From the NCBI GenBank assembly GCA_964016885.1, contig OZ024744.1, positions 60,140,001 through 60,204,000 on the forward strand: a stretch of 64,000 nucleotides of DNA, read 5' to 3'. Position numbers and translations under genes: made by a program. Source of the stretch: Eledone cirrhosa (lineage: Eukaryota). Under the pieces are notes generated by a model. The model had not been told where the DNA came from and made no database searches. It was given only the letters and a program-made list of their open reading frames with translations. Shown here piece by piece: positions 1-11,336 of the stretch (within the stretch, counting starts at the first letter, position 1; each line of letters begins with the position of its first letter).

Positions 1-147
1 ACTACTACTACTACTTCTTCTTCTTCTTCTTCTCCTTCTTCTTCTCCTTCTTCTCCTTCTTCTTCTTCTTCTTCTTCTCCTTCTTCTTTTTTCTGTTTAT
101 TTTTCTTTTTCTTTTTCTTTTTCTTTTTCTTTTTCTTTTTCTTTTTC

Positions 148-179
<32 letters not shown>

Positions 180-486
180 TTTCTTTTTCTTTTTCTTTTT
201 CTTTTTCTTTTTCTTTTTCTTTTTCTTTTTCTTTTTCTTTTTCTTTTTCTTTTTCTTTTTCTTTTTCTTTTTCTTTTTCTTTTTCTTTTTCTTTTTCTTT
301 TTCTTCTTCTTCTTCTTCTTCTTCTTCTTCTTCTTCTTCTTCTTCTTCTTCTTCTTCTTCTTCTCCTCCTCCTCCTCTCCTCCTCCTTTTTCTTTTTCTT
401 TTTCTTTTTCTTTTTCTTTTTCTTCTTCTTCTCTGCTTCTTCTTCTTCTTCTTCTTCTTCTTCTTCTTCTTCTTCTTCTTCTTCTT
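1..486. repeat. Compound microsatellite (CTA)n/(CTT)n/(CTTTTT)n
   Basis: Directly visible; source of the spurious E/K/R-rich ORF 11..592. Confidence 0.97.
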
Positions 487-582
487 GAGAGGGTTGTGGG
501 GACAGAGTCCTCAAACACTCCTTCCAGTTGGTCCTGCCAGAAGCAACAGTCTCCGACAGATCCAGTTGGATATATTTTCTAC
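487..582 (-). mobile_element. 3' end of RTE-like LINE running into a (GAA)n tail
   Basis: Minus translation IQLDLSETVASGRTNWKECLRTLSPQPSQEEE resembles copies at ~27900-28050 and ~61190-61300. Confidence 0.6.
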
Positions 583-1432
583 GTGTCCGCACAAGAATTC
601 CTATTCTTTTTACAATTATAAATATGACACAACTTAATATACAATTAATAATTGTTTTAGGATCTTTACATCGTCAGTTTAACCTACCCATATTCTTAAC
701 ATGCAACATTTTTCTATAACAATTGGTAATTGAGTTTTTTGACACTAGTATTATTATTTATATCCACTGAATTCCTTTAATTAAGAGGTACACAGGGTTT
801 TTCTCACACTCAAGTACATAGATAAGCTTGTTAACCCTTATAGGCTCTTGCGTAAACCGTTATAGATCGTCCCCATCAAGCTTACAATCTGAAAACATAC
901 ACCAGGTAAGTTCGTGACGGAACACCGAATGTTGAAGATTTAGACCTATTTTCTGATACCCCCTTAAAAACGTGTTTAGCCCAGTACTGCTGCTATGCGA
1001 TATTTGATAATAGTTAAATTGCATTTTTAGTGTTGACATTATGTAAGTACTTTCTAGTTGTATTTGAACATGAGATGAGTCATAACAGCATGGGCATTAC
1101 TATCCTGTACACCTTTTATTTCTATAATGCTATATTTTGCATCTTTCTCCCCTATACTAGTGGGAACTTTGCATAACTTTTATCTCTGTACCTTGCTCAT
1201 CATCGCTCGTCTATTTGGCAACAGGACTACTCTACCTCAAGTCTAGAAGTTTAAGTTCTTAGGAGACTTTTGAAATGTAACTACCATGTTTGTCGATATA
1301 ATTAATTAATTCATTAATTGGCAAATTGTTATAGATGACTACAATTGCATTTCAATAAATGGAAACAATCGTAGAAATGAATGAATGATTTCAACTCCAT
1401 CATGCCTTTCGTTCATCTCCTGAATTGTGTGC

Positions 1433-1437
<5 letters not shown>

Positions 1438-1519
<82 letters not shown>
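1438..1519. repeat. (TA)n microsatellite
   Basis: Directly visible. Confidence 0.97.
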
Positions 1520-1520
<1 letters not shown>

Positions 1521-1521
<1 letters not shown>

Positions 1522-1805
1522 AGGGGCGAAGGGTCCGTGCATATGCAACGCATACACTGCATGCGCTATAGAATCTTGAGTTGATCAATTGCGTCGGTTG
1601 AAGCAAGCAGAATTTTGGCTGCTTGCTAAATTGTAGACACATAAAAAGATAACACACACACACTAGATAACACTACATGCGGCTTTGACCGGGAGGGTCA
1701 TTTAGAGGGAATTGTGGGGGGGGGGGGGGTAAGGCTGCACAGCCCCACTTTCCGTCATGGCGATTGGACTGCATGCCCTGCTTTCCAGGTTACCCTTCGC
1801 CACTG
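1521..1805. mobile_element. Non-autonomous hAT-like MITE (~285 bp)
   Basis: 14-bp TIRs CAGGGGCGAAGGGT (1521-1534) / ACCCTTCGCCACTG (1792-1805) with 1 mismatch; 8-bp flanks atatatac/atatatat; no ORF. Confidence 0.7.
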
Positions 1806-2018
1806 ATATATATATATATATATATATTACTAAAACCCTGCGATTGCTTGCTTGCTTGCTTACTTGTCTGTAATGTAATACAGCCAAAAGAGCGCATAAT
1901 GGGAAAATACTTTGAAAGGAAGTTGCCCCTGAAATGGGAATACAAATGGAATAAAACAAGTTTCGTGTATATCGAAGCACGGGTTCCCGAGATATAGGGT
2001 TTTCTGGGTACCTTCATT

Positions 2019-2021
<3 letters not shown>

Positions 2022-2088
<67 letters not shown>
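2022..2088. repeat. (GA)n microsatellite
   Basis: Directly visible. Confidence 0.95.
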
Positions 2089-2091
<3 letters not shown>

Positions 2092-2241
2092 ATAGCGAGA
2101 AAAAGATAGTGGTTATGAGAGAGTAGATTGAAAGAGAGACAGAGAGAGGGAGAGGAGAATGGAAGAGAGAGAAGGAGAATGGAGAATGGAAGAGAGAGAG
2201 AGCTGGTAGTATTGTGTGTGTAGATATATATATATATATAT

Positions 2242-2481
2242 AAATACGATATTTAACAAATGGAAACTACATTTATAAAACCATATTTATTTCATTATAT
2301 ATATTTCAGGGATATCATATTAAAAATATGGTATGCCCTCTTCAGACAAAATACAATATATAAACAGTTTTATAAATAAATTTGACATACCTTAAACTTT
2401 ACAACTTCCATTTAAAAAGTTGTTTTGGTAGTGAAAATGTTAAGGACAGTTAGAAAGAAAGACGAAGAGAAAAAAAAAAAA

Positions 2482-2512
<31 letters not shown>

Positions 2513-2684
2513 TGTATAGTGCTAAGGACAGTTAGAGAGGAAGACGAAGAAAATGAAGAAATGTATGTAAAGAAAAAAACAACAGAGCGAGATAGAGAGA
2601 GAGAGATATGGGAGAGAGAAATATTGAGGAGGTGAAAAATGAATAACGTACAAATGAGAGATTTAGGAGGGAAGGGGGTACTGT

Positions 2685-2717
<33 letters not shown>

Positions 2718-3118
2718 GTTATAGTGTTAAGGATACGGAGAGAAATAAAAATAAAAATAAAAATAAATAAAGAGAGGTAGAAAGAGATATAGGTGGTGGG
2801 AGAAAAGAGGTAGATCGAGTAATATCTATTATACGAGGTGGGAGAGATAGGGGAGGGGTGAGATACAGGAGGTAGAGTTAAATCAGCCGATACATAAGTC
2901 CCGTCAAGTGTAGAGGGAGGAGGAGAAGAGATATATTCAGAAATAAAGATGACAGATTTAAAATATTATGTTTCATCAGTCTATCAATTCATATGAATTA
3001 GGTATTATAATGTAAATATCAATATTCATGAATGAGACACATCAATAATGTGTGAAAAAATAATGACTATATGTTTAGTTTAAAAATTCTTAGGTTTATA
3101 ATCAAAATCTGAGATAAA

Positions 3119-3120
<2 letters not shown>
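2242..3120 (-). mobile_element. Penelope-like element pLTR remnant between (TA)n tracts
   Basis: Contains a type I hammerhead motif with palindromic short stem III typical of PLEs; boundaries approximate. Confidence 0.5.
2289..2352 (-). ncRNA. Type I hammerhead ribozyme
   Basis: Minus strand: ATTTTGT-CTGAAGA-14-bp stem II (gggcataccatatt/aatatgatatccct, 2 mismatches)-GAAA-TATATA-TA-ATGAAAT; stem I closes. Confidence 0.75.
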
Positions 3121-3122
<2 letters not shown>

Positions 3123-3187
<65 letters not shown>

Positions 3188-3300
3188 TGTGTATATATAT
3201 ATATGTGTGTCTATAGATCACAGACACCCATATATATATACACACACATACATATATATATATGTATACAAACACACAATTTATATATATACATACACAC
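3123..3300. repeat. (TA)n / (TACA)-like compound microsatellite
   Basis: Directly visible. Confidence 0.9.
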
Positions 3301-3413
3301 ACGTATATGGGCCTTCCAGTTTTATTTCACATAATATACGTGTCTGTGTACATCTTAATTATTCAAAAATGAGTTTTAAGTGAACATGATTAAAAAAATA
3401 TTTTTAAGTGAAC

Positions 3414-3441
3414 GTGACCCAACAGGTCATGGGTGGTCTAG
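3414..3441 (+). mobile_element. Helitron-like 3' terminus (hairpin + CTAG)
   Basis: GTGACC-caaca-GGTCAT hairpin, 7-nt spacer, CTAG followed by T. Confidence 0.45.
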
Positions 3442-3656
3442 TATACAATAATACTTTAGGTCAATAACAATAATATAAACCCTTGTTGCTCGCTAATCGC
3501 TCAATGAAAAATTCTGGAGAAAAGAACAGTAATTCAAAGCGCTCTCATAAAAATATAGAAACAACTTGTTTAATATCCTGCATGGGCATAAAACAAGGCT
3601 TAAAAGAAGGGACAGTACGTAAATTAACTTACAATTAGAATGCTAAATCACAATAT

Positions 3657-3733
3657 ATACATACATACATACATACATACATACATACATACATACATAC
3701 ATACATACATACATACATACATACATACATACA
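3657..3733. repeat. (TACA)n microsatellite, probable 3' tail of the adjacent retroposon
   Basis: Directly visible; abuts the element 3' end. Confidence 0.93.
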
Positions 3734-4340
3734 TGGTGGCTGCCAACTGGTTTTCGAGTACGGCCACTACTTTATATCCAAGTAGGAGAACCCCTACCGA
3801 TGCGCTGAACGAGTGTGACTTTTTAGTCCAGCCAGCGACTTGAAAACTCTGGTACAAACACTACACCTGTGACAATTATTGACACTTAGTGCTGGGCCCA
3901 TGGTACCATGTGACGACAAGTGCAGGGAGATCTCCAGATATAAAGCAATGCCTGTGCCGTGAAGCTTTTATAGTGAGCAAAGGCACTGCACAAAGCCAGT
4001 CCTACTCTCTTAACCAAGATGATATTTACCAAAAAGAAGAACATGTCAACATCATTGGATACCATCAGAGTTGCAGGTGTTATATCAGAGTTTTCCTTCT
4101 CCTAGAATTCTGCCTTGACAAAGGCTAAGGGGTCATCTCTCCCGGTGATTTTGGATGGCCATTGACTCTTAAGAGCTCCTTTGCCTTTTGACAGGTTTTG
4201 TTTTTAGTCCTGCAGGATGTCCAAAGTCACCCTCCTCACCAAGAAACCTTGGTGGGGTTGCCAGTTTAGTCGCCAACGACCCGACCATGGGACAGGTTGT
4301 ACTGGAATACATGTTACCATTAGCACCAACTGGTGACCTG
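3733..4340 (-). mobile_element. Short internally deleted RTE-derived retroposon (5' UTR fused to 3' end)
   Basis: Minus strand has an RTE-type leader motif (ttagcctttgtcaaggcagaattctaggagaaggaaaactc), then a terminal C2H2-like peptide CSVCTRVFKSLAGLKSHTRSAHR* and a (TGTA)n tail. Confidence 0.55.
4261..4324 (-). ncRNA. Candidate HDV-like ribozyme (no P4)
   Basis: P1 GCTAATG/CGTTGGC, P2 CCAGT/ACTGG, P3 ACCTG/CGGGT, L3 TCCCATGGT, J4/2 CTAA; P2-P3 junction non-canonical. Confidence 0.4.
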
Positions 4341-5487
4341 ACATACATACATACATACATACATACATACATACATACATACATACATACATACATACAT
4401 ACATACATACATACATACATACATACATACATACATACATACATACATACATACATACATACATACATACATACATACATACATACATACATACATACAT
4501 ACATACATACATACATACATACATACATACATACATACATACATACATACATACATACATACATACATACATACATACATACATACATACATACATACAT
4601 ACATACATACATACATACATACATACATACATACATACATACATACATACATACATACATACATACATACATACATACATACATACATACATACATACAT
4701 ACATACATACATACATACATACATACATACATACATACATACATACATACATACATACATACATACATACATACATACATACATACATACATACATACAT
4801 ACATACATACATACATACATACATACATACATACATACATACATACATACATACATACATACATACATACATACATACATACATACATACATACATACAT
4901 ACATACATACATACATACATACATACATACATACATACATACATACATACATACATACATACATACATACATACATACATACATACATACATACATACAT
5001 ACATACATACATACATACATACATACATACATACATACATACATACATACATACATACATACATACATACATACATACATACATACATACATACATACAT
5101 ACATACATACATACATACATACATACATACATACATACATACATACATACATACATACATACATACATACATACATACATACATACATACATACATACAT
5201 ACATACATACATACATACATACATACATACATACATACATACATACATACATACATACATACATACATACATACATACATACATACATACATACATACAT
5301 ACATACATACATACATACATACATACATACATACATACATACATACATACATACATACATACATACATACATACATACATACATACATACATACATACAT
5401 ACATACATACATACATACATACATACATACATACATACATACATACATACATACATACATACATACATACATACATACATACATACA

Positions 5488-5517
<30 letters not shown>
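4341..5517. repeat. Very long perfect (ACAT)n microsatellite (~1.18 kb)
   Basis: Directly visible; source of the YIHT/MYVC pseudo-ORFs. Confidence 0.98.
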
Positions 5518-5518
<1 letters not shown>

Positions 5519-6113
5519 GTAACAAATAACACTTCCTTCTCCAAGCCTAGATTCGAAACCGAATCTAAGAATTTTCGCTGTTCAAATTCACGACGACAGG
5601 CACCAAAGAAAGGTTTTTTCTTTGTCCTGTCAAAAAGTGATTGATCGCCTCCCTTTGACCTACGACCTCAGCTAGGTCAAGCCAAAGTCAAATTGACCGA
5701 AGGACGTAGAAACCCTGTTGCGGTATGTCTATCATTCTAGCCACCGCAACATTATATATATGAGAGTCAAGGGAAAACCGGACAGAAAGCTGGTCTGATA
5801 CCGGACAGAGAGACCTGGCAAAGCAAGCGTAATGAACTACTGTGTCAGATGAACTACACACACACACTCACACAAACATATTCATTCTAACACACCAGGC
5901 ACAAATGTATCCTGGTTATATTTTCTAACAGCTCGTAGCAGTTGTCAACATTAACATTTTTGTATGTAGTAAAGCATGATGTGTACATAACCACAAATTA
6001 AGTTCCAGTGAAATAAATTAGTTTTATAATGAATCCATTCACCTACTTGTTCATTTTTCCGGCATACACTTGCCTTATCAATATTTCACCATTATACACA
6101 CACAACCACTACA
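5518..6113 (+). repeat. 5' LTR of Gypsy element 1 (596 bp)
   Basis: TGTAACAAAT...CCACTACA, repeated at 10680-11252. Confidence 0.96.
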
Positions 6114-6115
6114 TT

Positions 6116-6126
6116 TGGTGACCCCG
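6116..6126 (+). promoter_or_regulatory. Primer-binding site, tRNA-Trp
   Basis: TGGTGACCCCG is complementary to the 3' end of eukaryotic tRNA-Trp (...CGGGGTCACCA), 2 nt after the LTR. Confidence 0.85.
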
Positions 6127-6214
6127 TAAACGAATTGCGGCCTTCCTTTGAACCAGCTTCACCAACCGAACTGCATTTGGAAACAGAAACAGAACTGAGA
6201 ATTCCGCGAACACA

Positions 6215-6938
6215 ATGGCTCTCCCAGAACAGAATCCAGCGGCGAACACATCTATCGACATGGCATTCCAAGCGGCGGTCTCTTTGAGAATTCCCCAATT
6301 CTGGACACACGACCCTGCATTATGGTTTTACCATCTTCTAACCGAGTAAACAGCGATGCGTCTCGACTGTCGTATGTCATCGGTTCCCTATCGCCAGAGA
6401 TCACGAACGTCGTCCGCGATCTCATTATGGCACCACCCGTTTCTGTGTCGTACAACATTTTTAAGACGACACTCATCAACAGAACTTCCGAGTCCCAACA
6501 AAAGCGACTTCACCAGCTTCTGATATCGAAAGAATTGGGTGATAAAACGCCCTCTCAGCTTCTGCGTAGAATGAAGCAGCTTCTTGGAGATGAAAGCCTA
6601 CCCGACAAAATATTCAAGCAGCTCTTTCTCCAGCGTCTGCCCCCCAACACGCAAGTGGTCTTCGCTGCCACACGGGAATCCACATCCATTGAGGAACTGG
6701 CGGAGCTAGCGGACAAAATAGCCGACGTACCACTCAGATATGCAACAGTATCGACGGTGACGCCAGCCGCTCCCATTACCAATCCTTTCATTTCAGCGAC
6801 CAGTTCTTCAGAAATTTCGGACTTGCGTTCATTAATGACGCAGCAAGCAGCGCAGATACAGGCCCTCACAACACAAATACAGGCCCTATCGCTTGGTACC
6901 CAGCATCCAGTCCGGGAAACGACACAGCCAGGAATTGA
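6215..6938 (+). pseudogene. gag: gag, disrupted
   Basis: LRIPQFWTHDPALWF...LGDKTPSQLLRRM...QLFLQRLP motifs; frameshifted; CHCC nucleocapsid motif missing. Confidence 0.85.
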
Positions 6939-9900
6939 ACGCGACGGAAGTTCCTGGCTCGCACCCACAAAGTCGCCTGTTTTTCGTTTGCGATCGGGTA
7001 ACAGGCACACGTTTCATGGTTGACACCGACGCCGAAGTCAGCATCATCCCTGTTTCCAGCACTTCAGGAAAAAGGAAAGAGTCACCAGTTTGTCTTCAGG
7101 CAGTTAACCACTCACCCATTCCAACCTACGGTGAACAGTACCTAACACTGAGCTTAGGACTACACCGCACCTTTCAGTGGGTATTTATCATTGCTAAACT
7201 GCCGACCCCTATCTTAGGAGCCGATTTCCTGCATCATTTCGGTCTCCTGGTAGACATTAAAAATAGACGACTGGTCGACAGCACCACACAGCTTACTGTG
7301 CGCGGTATAGCCGCTCGTATGGCCACAGTAAGCCCAACTGTTATGCTCACAACAACGACTCCTCACAGTGCTATCCTGAAAGAATATCCGGACGTCGCTC
7401 GACCATTATTCCATAACCAGCCGATCAAGCACGAAATCACCCACCACATCAAAACCAGCGGTCCACCTGTTGCTGCGAGACCTAGAAGGTTACCACCTGA
7501 TCGTTTAAAGGCCGTCAAGCGGGAATTCCAGCACATGCTCGGCCTTGGAATTATCCGTCCGTCCAGCAGCAACTGGTCCTCGCCGATACACTGCGTCCCC
7601 AAAAAATCATCGACCGATTGGCGAGTTTGCGGTGATTATCGATCGCTGAATAAAAGCACTGTCAGCGATGCTTATCCAGTCCCTTATCTGCAGGATTTTT
7701 CTAGCTCGCTGCATGGAGCTCGCATTTTTACCAAGATCGACCTTGTGCGAGCATACAACCAAATCCCAGTGGAACCTGCGGACATCCCGAAGACAGCACT
7801 TACTACACCTTTCGGAATGTTTGAATTCCTGCGTATGCCTTTCGGTTTACGCAATGCGGCACAGACATTCCAAAGGTTTATAGACATGGTTACCAGAGGT
7901 TTACCTTTCGTCTATGCCTACATAGACGACATACTCGTCGCCAGTAGCTCGGACGAAGAACATCACCAACACCTCCATCTGTTCGAACGTCTGCGAAAAT
8001 ACGGCATAGTTATCAACCCGAGCAAATGTTCGTTCGGAGTTGCTTCCCTTCATTTCCTCGGTCACATCGTCGATAAGGGTGGTATTCGTCCCCTGCCCGA
8101 GAAAGTCAAGGCCATCGCGGATTTTCTACCACCCACATCTCTCCGCAAATTAAGGGAATATCTCGGGCTAGCGAACTTCTATAGAAGGTTTATACCCCAC
8201 CTCGCTGAGATAGCGCAACCGCTCACAGATTTGCTACGTCAGCGAACTTGTAAGAACACGAATATTGCCCTGGATGAAAAGCAACTCGCCTCTTGCGATG
8301 CCCTGAAAAAAGCGTTATCCAACGCTACTATGTTGGTTTATCCAAAACCAGACGCTCCACTGTGTCTACTCGCCGACGCATCCGATTCCGGAGTTGGAGG
8401 TGTGCTGCAGCAGCTTGTTGGCGGCATATGGCAACCGTTGTCCTTCTTTTCGAAGCGGTTAAAACCCGCGGAAACGAAATACAGCACATTCAGTCGGGAA
8501 TTATTAGCGGCATACCTGGCCGTTAAGCATTTTCGACACATGCTAGAAGGTACAAATTTTGCCATATACACCGACCACAAGCCACTCATATATGCATTTA
8601 ACACCAAGCCGGATCGCCACTCGCCGAGAGAAATCTGCCACCTCGACTTCATATCGCATATACGACGGATATACGCCACATCAAAGGGACGACCAACTTG
8701 GCAGCCGATGCACTTTCACGCACACAGATCAATGCTATCCACACCACTGCTACAATTGATCTGGCACGTATAGCAGTTGACAGGAGAATGACGAAGAGCT
8801 TCTAAAGCTCCGGAATTCGTCATCTCTGAAATTTCAGCATGTTCCGCTACCATCGTCCACGGCCCACATTTGGTGTGATATCTCCACCGGTCACCAACGC
8901 CCGTATGTGCCACATAAACATCGGCGAGAAGTTTTCTCTGCTCTGCATACTCTGTCACATCCTGGTATTCGCTCCACTCAAAAGCTGATATCGACCCGTT
9001 TTGTGTGGACCAGTATCAACAAGGATACCAGAGAATGGACCAAGTGCTGTGTCGCGTGCCAAAAAACGAAAATCTACCGGCACATAAAATCACCAATCGG
9101 TTCCTTTTCGCAACCTGACGCACGATTTCAGCACGTTCACATTGACATCGTGGGACCTATGCCACCTTCGCAGAATTATACATATCTGCTTACCTGCGTC
9201 GATCGTTTTTCGCGATGGCCCGAAGCTTGGCCCTTATCTGATACATCGGCAGAAACGGTCGCCAAAACGTTGATATCACAATGGGTTTCGCGTTTTGGCA
9301 CACCCGCAACAATCACCACCGACAGGGGACGACAGTTCGATTCCCACCTTTTCACCGAGCTGACTCGTCTCCTCGGGTGTAAACACACCCGCACTACGAC
9401 TTACCACCCTGCAGCAAATGGCATGGTCGAACGCTTTCACCGCCAACTCAAGGCATCCATAAAAGCATCTACAGACAGTTCTCACTGGCTGGAACATCTC
9501 CCTCTCATCCTCCTTGGTATACGATCCACGGTTGAGGAGGAACTTGGATATACTCCGGCTGAACTCGTTTATGGCACAGCACTCACCTTACCTGGGCAGA
9601 TGATCGAACCTGTTTAATCAAAAGATTTTCCTGACCCAGCACAATATGTGCACCGACTACGGACATCCATGTCGCATTTGTCACCTGCAGGCCCCAGACA
9701 ACAGAACGTCGTTTCACATGTCCCCAAAGACATCAACACGTGGACTCATGTTTTCGTGAGGAATGATGGGATACCATCTCAACTTCGGCCACCATATTCC
9801 GGGCCCTACAAAGTTATCGAAAGAGAACCCAAGTATTTCGTTCTCGATATTAGAGGTAAACGAAATACGGTATCAATCGATCGTTTAAAAAAAGCCTTCA

Positions 9901-10061
9901 TCGAGGAGGACTTACATTCAGTTCCCTCCGTTCTTCGAACCGACTCATCACCTCCAACAAACACCACAGATTCTGCACAACCCCGGCACACCAAATCGGG
10001 AAGAACAGTTCGATGGCCCGCAAGGTTTGTGCAAGTTTTTCGGGTAAGTCCCAACACTTAA
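6914..10061 (+). pseudogene. pol: pol (protease, RT, RNase H, integrase), disrupted
   Basis: [10 protein letters not shown] protease, YIDD RT, DAS..G and YTDHKPL RNase H, H..SHPG...CVAC zinc finger, HIDIVGP/TTDRG/GMVERFH integrase; broken into ORFs 6893-8773, 8907-9617, 9648-10061; GGGAAAC slippery site at 6914-6920. Confidence 0.93.
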
Positions 10062-10666
10062 CCTACCCATCTTCTTTAATGAAAGGCATTCATCAACACA
10101 TAACTCACATGACTGCATCACCCACATACAGACCTAAAGAAATCAATGAACATTGGTATATATATATTTTAAAAAAAAGAAAAAAAAAAAGGAAAACAAA
10201 GAAACGTCTCAACGGAAAACTGTCTGTATGAACTTTTACTGAACATTTTACAAACGAACTTTTTTCGATGAACATTTCTTTCATTTTTAAAGTGTACACA
10301 TGTTTTGCTTTCTTTTTTAAATGTTTTGCCTTTTTGTATAAATATTTTGCTACCCGTATGCGTACACACACTTACAACAGTCACTTTCTCATGTGTGCTA
10401 CCACTCGATCTTTTGCGTCACTGAAAGTCGCCTCGCCTCTATTAGACCCCTAGTGGGTCGAGTAATTAATAGACGCACACCACTTTCAAAGCGTCAACAA
10501 TTCTGCCATTTAGCACACATCAACATCAAAACTTTGTTTCATATTTTTTATATTGCATGCTTTTGATATACATTCATTTATCTATTACACTGTGTAAATT
10601 TTTCTGCATACACACCAAAAAAAACAAACATTTCCAACATCGTTCGATCTCTGTGGTTTTCTCACT

Positions 10667-10679
10667 AGAAGGGGGGTAG
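10667..10679 (+). promoter_or_regulatory. Polypurine tract
   Basis: AGAAGGGGGGTAG immediately before the 3' LTR. Confidence 0.85.
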
Positions 10680-11252
10680 TGTAACAAATAACACTTCCTT
10701 CTCCAAGCCTAGATTCGAAACCGAATCTAAGAATTTTCGCTGTTCAAATTCACGACGACAGGCACCAAAGAAAGGTTTTTTCTTTGTCCTGTCAAAAAGT
10801 GATTGATCGCCTCCCTTTGACCTACGACCTCAGCTAGGTCAAGCCAAAGTCAAATTGACCGAAGGACGTAGAAACCCTGTTGCGGTATGTCTATCATTCT
10901 AGCCACCGCAACATTATATATATGAGAGTCAAGGGAAAACCGGACAGAGAGACCTGGCAAAGCAAGCGTAATGAACTACTGTGTCAGATGAACTACACAC
11001 ACACACTCACACAAACATATTCATTCTAACACACCAGGCACAAATGTATCCTGGTTATATTTTCTAACAGCTCGTAGCAGTTGTCAACATTAACATTTTT
11101 GTATGTAGTAAAGCATGATGTGTACATAACCACAAATTAAGTTCCAGTGAAATAAATTAGTTTTATAATGAATCCATTCACCTACTTGTTCATTTTTCCG
11201 GCATACACTTGCCTTATCAATATTTCACCATTATACACACACAACCACTACA
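10680..11252 (+). repeat. 3' LTR of Gypsy element 1 (573 bp)
   Basis: Matches the 5' LTR by eye except a 23-bp indel. Confidence 0.96.
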
Positions 11253-11266
11253 CATACATACATACG

Positions 11267-11333
<67 letters not shown>
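11267..11333. repeat. (TA)n microsatellite
   Basis: Directly visible. Confidence 0.95.

Positions 11334-11336
<3 letters not shown>

Larger units (their letters stand above)
5518..11252 (+). mobile_element. Ty3/Gypsy LTR retrotransposon, CsRn1/Boudicca-like, both LTRs present but coding-defective
   Basis: TG...CA LTRs, 4-bp TSD CATA (5514-5517 / 11253-11256), tRNA-Trp PBS, PPT, gag-PR-RT-RH-IN order. Confidence 0.96.

Noticed and set aside
11-592. 193-aa K/R/E-rich ORF
   Set aside because: Microsatellite read-through from a LINE 3' end
820-890. Inverted repeat taagcttg...caagctta with HHR-like spacing
   Set aside because: No intact CTGANGA or GAAA on either strand
1328-1378. Hammerhead-like tagatga...GAAACAATCGTA
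   Set aside because: Core C3/U4 absent and stem I does not close convincingly
4169-5544. 400+ aa ORFs of MYVC/YIHT repeats
   Set aside because: Translations of the (ACAT)n microsatellite
10062-10666. env-like third ORF in Gypsy element 1
   Set aside because: Only short AT-rich ORFs with no signal peptide or TM pattern; treated as 3' UTR
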